Made by a program: the position numbers and the translations under genes. Shown here piece by piece: positions 34,352 through 42,834 of a DNA stretch of 64,000 bases (position 1 is the stretch's first letter; each line of letters opens with the position of its first letter). Below the pieces are notes generated by a model that was given only the letters and a program-made list of their open reading frames with translations, made no database searches and had not been told where the DNA came from. Source of the DNA: a virus. The stretch lies in the IMG/VR virus record IMGVR_UViG_3300025294_000239; one strand, 5' to 3'.

Positions 34352-34947
34352 GCTGCTTTCCTATGTGGTGGCGCGCAGCGGCGCGCGAGTTCTACGAGCC
34401 ATTCGGCCAACAGCGGGGGTGTCGCCTCGCGCTCGGCCTTGGTTATTTCGCCCTTGAGTTTTGATCTGGTGCCGTCGCGCCGACGACCAGAAGTGCCGAC
34501 AACGAACTGAGGTTCGCCCATGATGATTGGCATGGTCGGGATGCCTGCGGGATCACAGCCTACGATGTAGAGGAGCGTCGCCTTCTCCGCGCGGTGGCCA
34601 AAGCAGTGTTGGTAGATCGGTAAAGTCCAGCCGCCCCACGCGTCGCGTTCACCTAGCGACGGGAGTCCGGCCAAGGGCCACAACTGCGAGCCGACGGGAT
34701 GCTCCAGAACGCCACCATGCAGCCGCACTTGGTTGACCGTCCAGAGAGCCAGCTCGCGCTCACCAGGCCGCGGACGCGCGAAATGGCGTAGCCTTCCCCA
34801 CGCGCGGCAGGGCGGGTGCGCCACCACGGGCGCGCCACCTGGCCACCGCAGCGCGTCGCGCTCGATATCCCAAACGTCGCAGCCCGGCAGCGTCTTGTAG
34901 ATACTGTCGGCGCGCGCGAAGAGGACGGCCACGGTTTGCATGGTCAT
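34348..34947 (-). CDS. C5 cytosine DNA methyltransferase-like protein (atypical motif I)
   Basis: VAHPPC catalytic motif, VLEHP, FGH..EKATLL, REATPPLLAEWL. Confidence 0.65.
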   Translation of the reverse strand: MTMQTVAVLFARADSIYKTLPGCDVWDIERDALRWPGGAPVVAHPPCRAWGRLRHFARPRPGERELALWTVNQVRLHGGVLEHPVGSQLWPLAGLPSLGERDAWGGWTLPIYQHCFGHRAEKATLLYIVGCDPAGIPTMPIIMGEPQFVVGTSGRRRDGTRSKLKGEITKAEREATPPLLAEWLVELARRCAPPHRKAA

Positions 34948-35468
34948 ACGTCCAGCGAACCCTGGTCCGACGTCGGTTCAATAATCGAAACGACCGCCTC
35001 GCCATGATTGTTCTCGTAGAAGTACTGGACACTGTCGGGCTTGCCGTAGACACGCAGCTTCACCCGCACGGTCCCACCAGCGCGTGGGCCAACCTTGTAC
35101 TCGTCCACGCGCACGTCTTCGACCTCGATATCGCTGGGACCGCTCAGACCCTGATGCACCTTGAACGTAGCGCCATGCATGGATCCCTTGAGGTCGATGA
35201 ATTCGTTGTCGATGGTTTGCGTGCGCAACTCGGGCAAGTAGTCGGGATCGTCCATGCGCGGGTCGGCTTGGTCGGCCAGATCCACCTCGGAGGAAGTCGG
35301 CCGGCGAAACCACGCCGGACGCAGCTCCCTGTCGATTTTGTCCAGGAAGGTGTTGGGGGCGTCGAACTCGATATGCCAGGTGCTCGCAGCCACCTGCTCC
35401 TTCTTGCCCTTCTTCTCGACGCTAGGGGACCAGATCATTCTGACGGGCTGGTTTTCGATGCTGAACAT
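34944..35468 (-). CDS. Hypothetical 174-aa protein
   Basis: GGAG SD; coupled to MTase-like gene. Confidence 0.7.
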   Translation of the reverse strand: MFSIENQPVRMIWSPSVEKKGKKEQVAASTWHIEFDAPNTFLDKIDRELRPAWFRRPTSSEVDLADQADPRMDDPDYLPELRTQTIDNEFIDLKGSMHGATFKVHQGLSGPSDIEVEDVRVDEYKVGPRAGGTVRVKLRVYGKPDSVQYFYENNHGEAVVSIIEPTSDQGSLDV

Positions 35469-35636
35469 GCTGGTTTGCTCCAGGTGGTTGGGGTGGTGGC
35501 CATCAGGTAGGCGGCGCTGCCGGACGTCTGGCGTTAAAGCACGAACTCCGGCCGGCGTTTCCCTTCATCGCGCATTGCTCCAGGTGCGCCGCCTACGTCA
35601 TGGTCCTGGGCACAGCGCGGCCCAGGTCGCGGCCGA

Positions 35637-35984
35637 TTACTCGGCGTGTTTGTCGGCCTCGATGGGGGTGAAAGTGAAGCGGGCGCGGTCGATGTAGTAG
35701 TAGGTCTTGTCGTGCCGGCCGTATTCGACGGACAGCGTGCCCATGTAGTGCTTGCCGTCCACAATAAATTCCTGCGTGTATTCGTCGGCGCCGCAGTTGT
35801 AGGAGCCTTCGCAGTCAGCATGCGCCTGGTCGCGCAAACGCTCTGTCAGTTCGCCCTCGGCATCTTCCAGCGTGGCAAACACGTTGTTCTCGGGAAGCCC
35901 GTCGAACGCCTCCAATTCGGCCTTGGCAGCGATGAGCGCGGCTTCGGCTTGAGTGACGGCGGCCTGTAATTCTTCCTTGGTCAT
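35637..35984 (-). CDS. Hypothetical 115-aa protein
   Basis: CAGGAG SD; N-terminal coiled coil. Confidence 0.7.
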   Translation of the reverse strand: MTKEELQAAVTQAEAALIAAKAELEAFDGLPENNVFATLEDAEGELTERLRDQAHADCEGSYNCGADEYTQEFIVDGKHYMGTLSVEYGRHDKTYYYIDRARFTFTPIEADKHAE

Positions 35985-36081
35985 GTAGTGCTCCTGTGGG
36001 TGGGTAAGAAGGAGGGCGCCGCGCCGAAGGTCACACCCTGCGTGATGGGACGATTGGAGATGGCGCGGCGCCCGGTGAACG

Positions 36082-37104
36082 TCAGCCGGCCAGCTCGGCG
36101 CGGCGGTTGTCGTAGGCCTTTCTCAGGGCGTCGTAGTGCTCGTCCGGTGCGTCGTTGAACGAGTCGGCGACGAGGTCCAGCGTCTCGATGCTGTTGGCCT
36201 GGGCGATCTGCTGGAAGAAGGGCGCGGGATCGTAGGCGGGCGGATCAGTCGGCGGCGCGCTGGCCTTCTTGCCGCGCTGCTTGATGTCCTTCAGGCTGGT
36301 GGCGCCGCCATCGTCGCCGGCCGATTCGTCGACCTCGAACCAATCAGACGGAGCGCTGACGCCGTCGCGCAGGCTGGCGTAGATCTTCTTCAGGCTGACC
36401 ACCTGGGCGGGCTGGATAGCTTCCAGACGGCGGCCGATACGCTTCTCCAGCAGATCCTTGCTGACACCGAACGGTTCGAATGCGCCGACCATCTTCTGCA
36501 TGGCCTCGGGGCTGGTGTCCGCCTTGGATTTCAGCGTTAGTTCCGCCTGCTCCATGGCTGCATCGACCACGTCGCCAGGCACGATTGCCAGGATGCAGGC
36601 GCGCACGCGGCGCTGGGCCATGTTGGACATCAGTTCATAGATGTCGCGCTCGTCGGTGACCTTGTAGCCACCCTTGCGCGTGTCGCGCCAGTGACGGACC
36701 TGGAATTGCAGCGCGCGGCGCGTACGGGATTGCAGGTCAAAGGCGAATGCCTCGACTTCGCTGTACGTCACGCCATCGGAGCCGCGGCCGCGCGACACCT
36801 CGCGAAAGCCGAATTCGATGTTGCCCCAATTCTGGGCGATGGTTTCCGCCGACCGGATACTGGGGCCGCTCACGTCGGTGCCGCCGCGGCTGTACTGGTA
36901 GACGGCGACCTCAGCCAGGCGCGGCCGGGTGAATGCGTTCAGGATGTTGTCCATGGCCTGCACGGGGTCGCGGGGGAACTGTTGGGCCATCAGCAACTTG
37001 GCCTGCACCTCGGCAATACCGCGCGCCTGGTCGCTGACCGCCAAGGCGCCATCGGCGCTGCCGCGAGTGGCGACGGCAAAGGGATTCTGTACGTGGTCGT
37101 TCAT
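36082..37104 (-). CDS. Putative single-strand annealing protein (partner of RecE-like exonuclease)
   Basis: Adjacent to exonuclease; AQQFPRD, RGGTDVSGPSIRSAE..WGN, DERDIYE..RRVRACILAIVPGDVVD. Confidence 0.55.
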   Translation of the reverse strand: MNDHVQNPFAVATRGSADGALAVSDQARGIAEVQAKLLMAQQFPRDPVQAMDNILNAFTRPRLAEVAVYQYSRGGTDVSGPSIRSAETIAQNWGNIEFGFREVSRGRGSDGVTYSEVEAFAFDLQSRTRRALQFQVRHWRDTRKGGYKVTDERDIYELMSNMAQRRVRACILAIVPGDVVDAAMEQAELTLKSKADTSPEAMQKMVGAFEPFGVSKDLLEKRIGRRLEAIQPAQVVSLKKIYASLRDGVSAPSDWFEVDESAGDDGGATSLKDIKQRGKKASAPPTDPPAYDPAPFFQQIAQANSIETLDLVADSFNDAPDEHYDALRKAYDNRRAELAG

Positions 37105-37119
37105 GTGGTCCTCAGGGGA

Positions 37120-38019
37120 TCAAAGCGCCCAGGCGGGCAGGGAAACTTGGTGGATGCCCGTGCCGAAACCGGGCCAGTCGTTGGCGGCGGTGGCGCGGGC
37201 GTAGGTGTCGAGGTCGCGGCGGTAGGCATACCGGCCGGCGTCGCGGCTCTTGTCGTCCAGCATCACGGCCGACGCGGCGTAGGGGTATTCCGACTCGACA
37301 GCGATGAAGATGAAGGCCAACACATCGCGGGCGGCGGCCAGGGCGTAGCCGTCGCTGTAGAACGCGTCCTGCACGTGGTAGCGCTTGCGGGCGACCTGGC
37401 GCGCGAACTCGTCCGGACTGGCGTCACCGCAGGTCTTGACGTCCAGCAGGATGACGCCGTTGTCACCGGACGGGTGCGTCCAGTCCGGCCGGCAGCGGCA
37501 CAGGACGCCAGTTTCCGGGTCGACCCAGTAGGCGGACTGCTCGGGCATACCGCTGGCCAGGGCCTCGGCCACGTCGGGCAGCAAGCGAACGGCGTCACCC
37601 TGGCGCAAGGCCGTTTCGCGCTGCTCGTGCGTCACGATGATGCGGCCGGCGCTGCGCTTGTTCCACTCCGTCCACCATTCCTTTGCGGCGATGCTTTCTG
37701 GACTGGATTTCTTGGCGTTCCATTGGGCATCCGTTGGCCGGCGCGGCGCGTCTTCGGGCAGCACGCAGTAGCGTTTGTCGAACTCGTCCGGTTCCAGGAT
37801 GGCGCAGTGGGCAAGCTGGCCTTCCAGTTGGCCGGCGCGCTGCTTCTCCGGCGGACGGTTCGGGTTCAAGTACAGCGCATGGAAAATCGCTGGCGAGCGC
37901 GCCACCTGGTCCAGGCCGGTCTTGCTGATGCCGGGGCCGCGGTGGTACGCGTCGATGTCCTGGCCGGCCAGCACGCAGGGCGGCTCGATCAGGTGCTGGT
38001 GGTCGGTGGCGGCGTTCAT
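37120..38019 (-). CDS. recE: Exodeoxyribonuclease VIII-like (RecE C-terminal, PD-(D/E)XK)
   Basis: YH..PGISKTGLD, CRCRPDW, LDVKT, RYHVQDAFYSDG, FIFIAVE. Confidence 0.88.
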   Translation of the reverse strand: MNAATDHQHLIEPPCVLAGQDIDAYHRGPGISKTGLDQVARSPAIFHALYLNPNRPPEKQRAGQLEGQLAHCAILEPDEFDKRYCVLPEDAPRRPTDAQWNAKKSSPESIAAKEWWTEWNKRSAGRIIVTHEQRETALRQGDAVRLLPDVAEALASGMPEQSAYWVDPETGVLCRCRPDWTHPSGDNGVILLDVKTCGDASPDEFARQVARKRYHVQDAFYSDGYALAAARDVLAFIFIAVESEYPYAASAVMLDDKSRDAGRYAYRRDLDTYARATAANDWPGFGTGIHQVSLPAWAL

Positions 38020-38456
38020 TACTGGCTCGTCAGTTTGTTGACGATCACATCGCCGATCAGGTCATTGATGCGTTCGCGCAGCTCGCCTGATTCGAGCGCG
38101 GCGACGATGGCCAGCACGCGCTGAGAAATCGCTGGCTTCGCGGACTCGATGGCTTCTTGCAGATACGTCCAGCCCTTGCTGGGTTCGGTGTCCCAGGAAT
38201 TCGGCGCCCTGAACACGTTGAAATTGTTGAGTTCGTTGATGACCTTGATTGCCTTATCGCGCACCGTGTCGACCATGTTTCCGTCGAAGGCGGCGTCGAC
38301 TTCCTTTTGCACCAGGCTGTAGGCCGCGTTGCTCAGGATGCGTTCGAAGTCCTCTTGTGTGCGACGTGCGCACGCGGATCGAAACTCTTCACGTGCGATC
38401 TGCCGCTTTTCTACTTCGGTCAGGTAGTTGTCGATGTCGATGGTGATTTCGTTCAT
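38019..38456 (-). CDS. Hypothetical 145-aa protein
   Basis: Stop overlaps recE start. Confidence 0.7.
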   Translation of the reverse strand: MNEITIDIDNYLTEVEKRQIAREEFRSACARRTQEDFERILSNAAYSLVQKEVDAAFDGNMVDTVRDKAIKVINELNNFNVFRAPNSWDTEPSKGWTYLQEAIESAKPAISQRVLAIVAALESGELRERINDLIGDVIVNKLTSQ

Positions 38457-38469
38457 GGCTGTTCCATGG

Positions 38470-38589
38470 TTATCGGCTGGCGTGCACTTCAGCGCGCGCG
38501 TCCAGGGTGGGGCCGACCACGCCGAGGGCGATGGCCAGGCCCAGCACGGCGCAAGCGACGGAAAGGATGGCGACGGCGGTGTCTTTCAT
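38470..38589 (-). CDS. 39-aa membrane peptide MKDTAVAILSVACAVLGLAIALGVVGPTLDARAEVHASR
   Basis: ATGA overlap with upstream gene; long hydrophobic stretch. Confidence 0.55.
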   Translation of the reverse strand: MKDTAVAILSVACAVLGLAIALGVVGPTLDARAEVHASR

Positions 38590-38825
38590 AGGGTCACCAG
38601 TGCGTTTTCGTATTGCTTCACCATGGCCAGCACAGCGGCGGGCGTCATGGGAATGAACACGGGGGTGTTGTTGATCAGGAACCAGTGGCGCACCAGGACG
38701 CGCTCGTCCTCGGCATCCGGCCGGTTGCTTGCGGGCTGCACGTCCGTCTCCGCCACCAGCGTTGCCGGCGTGTTGACCGGGTAGTGGTCGCCGTTGAGCT
38801 CGAAGTCGACGTAGTGCATGGTCAT
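38586..38825 (-). CDS. Hypothetical 79-aa protein
   Basis: ATGA overlaps on both sides. Confidence 0.65.
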   Translation of the reverse strand: MTMHYVDFELNGDHYPVNTPATLVAETDVQPASNRPDAEDERVLVRHWFLINNTPVFIPMTPAAVLAMVKQYENALVTL

Positions 38826-39121
38826 AGCTCTTCCCCTAAAGCCTTCTCGATGGCATCACCCAGCAGGTGGAGCAGTTCCGCGCGAGCCTGGGTCACAGGC
38901 ATTTCGCAGAAGCAGTTCAATGCAGCCTTGGCAGCTTCGAGCAGCTCCGGCGCGGCGGCGATGAGGCGGGCGTTCGCTTGTGTAATCGGGCCGCGATACC
39001 AGCCCGTGTCGCCGCCTTTGTCCATGTTCATGACGTCGCATATGGCGATGTCTGTTTGGTCGGCTTGTTGCACGTACTCGCCGTCGATTTCCCACGGGCC
39101 GGGGGTGTGCTTTTCGGTCAT
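38822..39121 (-). CDS. Phage protein of the HTPGPW/ANARLIAAAPELLEA type
   Basis: Both motifs present; GGAG SD. Confidence 0.75.
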   Translation of the reverse strand: MTEKHTPGPWEIDGEYVQQADQTDIAICDVMNMDKGGDTGWYRGPITQANARLIAAAPELLEAAKAALNCFCEMPVTQARAELLHLLGDAIEKALGEEL

Positions 39122-39222
39122 TGGCTGCTCCACGTATCCCGCTCCCGATGCCAGCGCGCGGCGCGGTCGCCGGCTTTGGCCAGGGCTGCGAGGGTGATTA
39201 GGATCAGGGCGGCGGTGGTCAT
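39118..39222 (-). CDS. 34-aa peptide MTTAALILITLAALAKAGDRAARWHRERDTWSSQ
   Basis: ATGA overlaps on both sides; hydrophobic N-terminus. Confidence 0.5.
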   Translation of the reverse strand: MTTAALILITLAALAKAGDRAARWHRERDTWSSQ

Positions 39223-39599
39223 TGCAGCGGCCCGAAGGTGATGACGGCGCCTTCCTCGGCCATGTCGACCAAGGATTCGGCGGCGTGTTGTATAGCGGCG
39301 TCGAGGAACATCTTCCACGCAGTGGCGCCCGTTTCCATGTGGCCGGCCAAGGTGATCGTCATCGCAGCCCAACGCTTGAAATCCAGGGCCTCAACACCGA
39401 CAGCGAAGGCGTCAACAAGCGCTGTGGATAATTCGCGGCGCGGCGCGTGGCCGCACACCCACCATTGGTTTGCAACGGCTTCGCGCAGATCAGCGGCCAT
39501 ATCAGCCACCAGCGCCGCACGCACGACCTCGGCAGACTGGCTGCCCACCAGTGCCGTGCCGTCCAAAAGCTTGATCGGGGGGAGGGAGGGGAGGTTCAT
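39219..39599 (-). CDS. Hypothetical 126-aa protein
   Basis: SD upstream; coupled to downstream ORF. Confidence 0.65.
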   Translation of the reverse strand: MNLPSLPPIKLLDGTALVGSQSAEVVRAALVADMAADLREAVANQWWVCGHAPRRELSTALVDAFAVGVEALDFKRWAAMTITLAGHMETGATAWKMFLDAAIQHAAESLVDMAEEGAVITFGPLQ

Positions 39600-39600
39600 T

Positions 39601-39780
39601 TCAAATGTCCTCTTGTTCTTTGCGGTGGTGCCGGCGCGTCTCGCTGCGGTAGACGTGGATAACGGCGATGGTCATGCCCAGGGCCCAGGACATCAGCAGC
39701 GAATAGACTATGACCTCGCACGCCATGCGGATGACAGGGAGTTCGGCAATCAAGGCGGCATAGGCCTGGGCGATGGTCAT
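39601..39780 (-). CDS. 59-aa TM protein (second copy)
   Basis: Repeat of 328..507. Confidence 0.55.
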   Translation of the reverse strand: MTIAQAYAALIAELPVIRMACEVIVYSLLMSWALGMTIAVIHVYRSETRRHHRKEQEDI

Positions 39781-39935
39781 TTCGGCTCCAGAAACTCGCG
39801 CAGCGCCGCATCGGCAGGGCGAGTAGGGGGTAATCGTTGATGCGCTTGGCGCCGGCTCGGATCGCGCGAACCGCTTCCACAGAAAGCGGCTCCAGCGAGC
39901 CAACCTCGGCGGCTAGGCGGGCGGTGGCGGGCATG

Positions 39936-40256
39936 TCAGCGCCAGGCGCGGATGAAAATGGCAGCGCTGATGAAGCTGATCACCAGCAGAATCGGGAAAC
40001 CAACGCCGAACGAAGGGAAAGTCATCGCGACAGGCCGCGCAAACAGCACCATGGAAAGCGCAAACCCGAGGCAGCCGTGAACGAAAGACCCGGACCGTTC
40101 CAACTCTTGCTTGCGATGCGTGCTGGGGGCTGCTTGCTGCAACAGTGACCAGCGGTTGCCGCTGGATTTCCAGATCGAACCGTCAGGTGATTTCGCCACG
40201 CAGTCGTAGTAGTTGGAGCGGGCGCCGTCTTTGGGCATGAAGGAAAGCTTGATCAT
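39936..40256 (-). CDS. First pL gene, 2-TM protein (second copy)
   Basis: Repeat of 663..983. Confidence 0.65.
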   Translation of the reverse strand: MIKLSFMPKDGARSNYYDCVAKSPDGSIWKSSGNRWSLLQQAAPSTHRKQELERSGSFVHGCLGFALSMVLFARPVAMTFPSFGVGFPILLVISFISAAIFIRAWR

Positions 40257-40397
40257 CATTTCTCCCATCGGTGTGCAGGTGTGATGGGATGAATATTAGC
40301 CATAGCTAAGGCAACAAGCAATAGCTATAGCTAAGTTTTTTTGTAACGCGCATGAAAAAGCCGCCCGTAGGCGGCGTAGTGGCGGGCGGTGGCTCGG

Positions 40398-40826
40398 CTA
40401 AAACGGCAGCCAGTCAAGCCTGAAGCAGACGTTCATTTTCGAGCGGGTGCCGCTGTGATCGCCTGGTGTTGAGAGTTCCTGAACAGCATTGCGCCCGCGT
40501 TGCACGGCGTCGTTCATCGCCACCGTATACGCAAGATCCTCGCTGTCGACCATGTAAATAAACCGAGGGCGCAGGTATGCATTCAATTTTTCGAGGTCAG
40601 TTGTCGCTGCCCGCACGTCGCGAGCGGCTTCCGCTTTTTTCGCTGCGCTCATAGATGGAGTCTTCTCTGCGATCGCGGCGTTGAGATTGGATTGCATAAC
40701 AACCGTCTGCATGGGGGCTAGGCAGTACGCCGCGCGTATCTCGGTGTCGGTCGGCAATTGTGACGCCGACGCCACGAAAGCGTGAAAGATGAACGCAACG
40801 GGAACATATCGAAGGTTTCGCCGCAT
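40398..40826 (-). CDS. Exported 142-aa protein (second copy)
   Basis: Repeat of 1125..1553. Confidence 0.75.
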   Translation of the reverse strand: MRRNLRYVPVAFIFHAFVASASQLPTDTEIRAAYCLAPMQTVVMQSNLNAAIAEKTPSMSAAKKAEAARDVRAATTDLEKLNAYLRPRFIYMVDSEDLAYTVAMNDAVQRGRNAVQELSTPGDHSGTRSKMNVCFRLDWLPF

Positions 40827-40891
40827 TTTGTCACTCAGTGGGCAAAAATTTTCCGGTATCGGGGACCAACGCTAACCGCACCGCCTGCGTC

Positions 40892-41269
40892 TTAGGCGGC
40901 TTTCTCGTCCCCTTCGCTTTTCACAGGCGCTTCACCCAAAAAGGCGTCTACCTGTCGTCTAAGAGCATCTTCGATACCTTTCTGTTGCGCTTCCGTGAGT
41001 TGCTGGAATCGCTCCCAAGGGACGCTATCGAAGGGCCAAAAGCTTTCCTCTGCCCGCTCCATTTGGCCTCTGCCATCTGCCAGCCAAGAGTCGCTGACTC
41101 CGAGCGCTCTCGCCGCGAGGACAAGGTTTCTACCCTTGAGGTTCTTCGTGCGCCCGTTAATCCAATTGAAAACGGACGGGCCGCTGGCGCCTGTGGCGCG
41201 CACCAAATCGGCCTGCGACAAATTTGCCGCGGACATCGCAAGTTTAATGCGCTCAGACAACGTATTCAT
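40892..41269 (-). CDS. cI: Repressor (second copy)
   Basis: Repeat of 1619..1996. Confidence 0.88.
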   Translation of the reverse strand: MNTLSERIKLAMSAANLSQADLVRATGASGPSVFNWINGRTKNLKGRNLVLAARALGVSDSWLADGRGQMERAEESFWPFDSVPWERFQQLTEAQQKGIEDALRRQVDAFLGEAPVKSEGDEKAA

Positions 41270-41348
41270 CGCGTCATCCTATTTGCCGAGCTGTTAGCGA
41301 TGGCTTATTCCGCTTGCGGTTTAGGTTAGCTATAGCTAAGATGACGCC

Positions 41349-41558
41349 ATGGATACCTTGCACCCCGACTCCGCGACCATCGACGCCTTGGGCGGCACTG
41401 CCGCCGTTGCGCGCCTGTGTGAATGCAAACAGCCTTCGGTGACGAAGTGGCGAACTACTGGCATACCGCGCGCGCGGCGTCAGTACCTGGAGCTTCTCCG
41501 CCCAGATGTTTTCGGCAAGCCCGTTGCCCCTCCCGCCCAGGAGCCGGCCAATGCGTAG
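41349..41558 (+). CDS. cro: Cro-like repressor (second copy)
   Basis: Repeat of 2076..2285. Confidence 0.85.
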   Translation: MDTLHPDSATIDALGGTAAVARLCECKQPSVTKWRTTGIPRARRQYLELLRPDVFGKPVAPPAQEPANA

Positions 41559-41670
41559 GGTCAAAACACCAATGCCGTGGAAAGTGCGCAGGTCTCGGCA
41601 GCGGAGAGACAACCATATTCCCCTGCTCAAACGTGCCTTGATGAAGGCCCTCGGGCCAAAGGAAAACCCA

Positions 41671-41937
41671 ATGGAAAAGACCGTGAAATACGGGGAAATC
41701 CCGCAATCCGTGCAGGCGCAAATAGTCGCCCGTGCACTGGATGCGGCGTTCTCCGCCTGCCAAATGGGGGCTTCTACCGAAGCGGCAGCCGACGCCGAAC
41801 GCGTAGCCCGCGCTGGCGTGGCTGCCTGGCAAATCGCCAATGGCAAAGAGGCCGGCTTCGACGTTGTTGAGACTGCCACCGGGCAAGTGAATGTCCGGCC
41901 CGGTGGCAGCGCCGTCGACGCTAACGACCGCCTTTGA
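41671..41937 (+). CDS. Hypothetical 88-aa protein (second copy)
   Basis: Repeat of 2398..2664. Confidence 0.55.
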   Translation: MEKTVKYGEIPQSVQAQIVARALDAAFSACQMGASTEAAADAERVARAGVAAWQIANGKEAGFDVVETATGQVNVRPGGSAVDANDRL

Positions 41938-42118
41938 TGGCTCGCAATATGTCTGTCCGTATAGCCACCGGATCCACCTGCGCTGAAAGCACTGTTTTGC
42001 AGTGCGGGCAGCATAGGGTGATGCACCTGAAGGAATCGCCTAAGGGCACGCCGCCCTCGACGGCACCGAAGTGCAGCCGTTGGACCGCTTTCTTGCAATG
42101 CGGGCAAATCCCGTCCAT
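41921..42118 (-). CDS. Zinc-ribbon protein (second copy)
   Basis: Repeat of 2648..2845. Confidence 0.75.
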   Translation of the reverse strand: MDGICPHCKKAVQRLHFGAVEGGVPLGDSFRCITLCCPHCKTVLSAQVDPVAIRTDILRAIKGGR

Positions 42119-42298
42119 GAGAACCCCTCCTGTGGGTCGTTTCGGTAGTGGTTGGTCGCCACGCCCGGGGAATCCGGGCAGCGCTGATCGTATCCGCAGC
42201 GAGGGGGTCTCGCCAATCACGTTTCTTTTCCATGCCGCCAGTCTGCGCGGCCCCGCGTGCAGCCGCACGCAAGCATTTTTTCGCAAGGTTGAATCGCG

Positions 42299-42607
42299 AT
42301 GAACGCGCAAGTTGTGCAATTCCCCAGCCTCCGGAAACCGTCGTTTGAACGGCGCTTCCGTGAAGCTTTGACCGATCCCCGGACGAGGGCGCCGGTACGG
42401 GACGCCATTGGCTGGGATGATTCCCAGGTGTCCCGCTTCCTGTCGGGCCAGATGGGCCTGAATATCGAAAAGATCGATGCTGCTGTCACCGCGCTCGACC
42501 TGCGCGTCGTCACGCGCACCTACCTCGATGCGGTCTGCGAGATTGGCAAGACAGGCATGAACTGTTTCTGCGCTCGCGAAGGCTTCGGGGATTGCGGATC
42601 GCACTGA
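42299..42607 (+). CDS. cII: CII-like regulator (second copy)
   Basis: Repeat of 3026..3334. Confidence 0.6.
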   Translation: MNAQVVQFPSLRKPSFERRFREALTDPRTRAPVRDAIGWDDSQVSRFLSGQMGLNIEKIDAAVTALDLRVVTRTYLDAVCEIGKTGMNCFCAREGFGDCGSH

Positions 42608-42609
42608 CC

Positions 42610-42834
42610 ATGCCCAGCGCGCGCCCCGGCCCCCTCTGCTGGCTCGCCATCGGCTTTTGCGAGCAGGAAGCCTTCCGGCGGTTCGCCCATGCGCGCACGT
42701 CCGACGAGGCGAAAGCCTTCATCTTGAATACCTGCGGCGTCGCGTCGCGCAAGGAACTGGACACGGACCCGAACGCGGCCCGGCTGTTCCATGAGCGCGT
42801 GCGGCGCCCGTTTGCCTATGGATCGAATGCATGA
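42610..42834 (+). CDS. Hypothetical 74-aa protein (second copy)
   Basis: Repeat of 3337..3561. Confidence 0.6.
   Translation: MPSARPGPLCWLAIGFCEQEAFRRFAHARTSDEAKAFILNTCGVASRKELDTDPNAARLFHERVRRPFAYGSNA

Larger units (their letters stand above)
1..39273. mobile_element. Complete temperate podovirus-like phage genome (circularly permuted unit)
   Basis: Full set of integrase/attP, cI/cro, replication, terminase, portal, capsid, tail, ejection and lysis genes; no host genes. Confidence 0.95.

Noticed and set aside
1-39273. Dedicated anti-phage defence, toxin-antitoxin or anti-CRISPR operon
   Set aside because: No recognisable nuclease/NTPase defence genes, TA pair or aca-type HTH-led cassette; candidates are limited to the small unknown ORFs reported above
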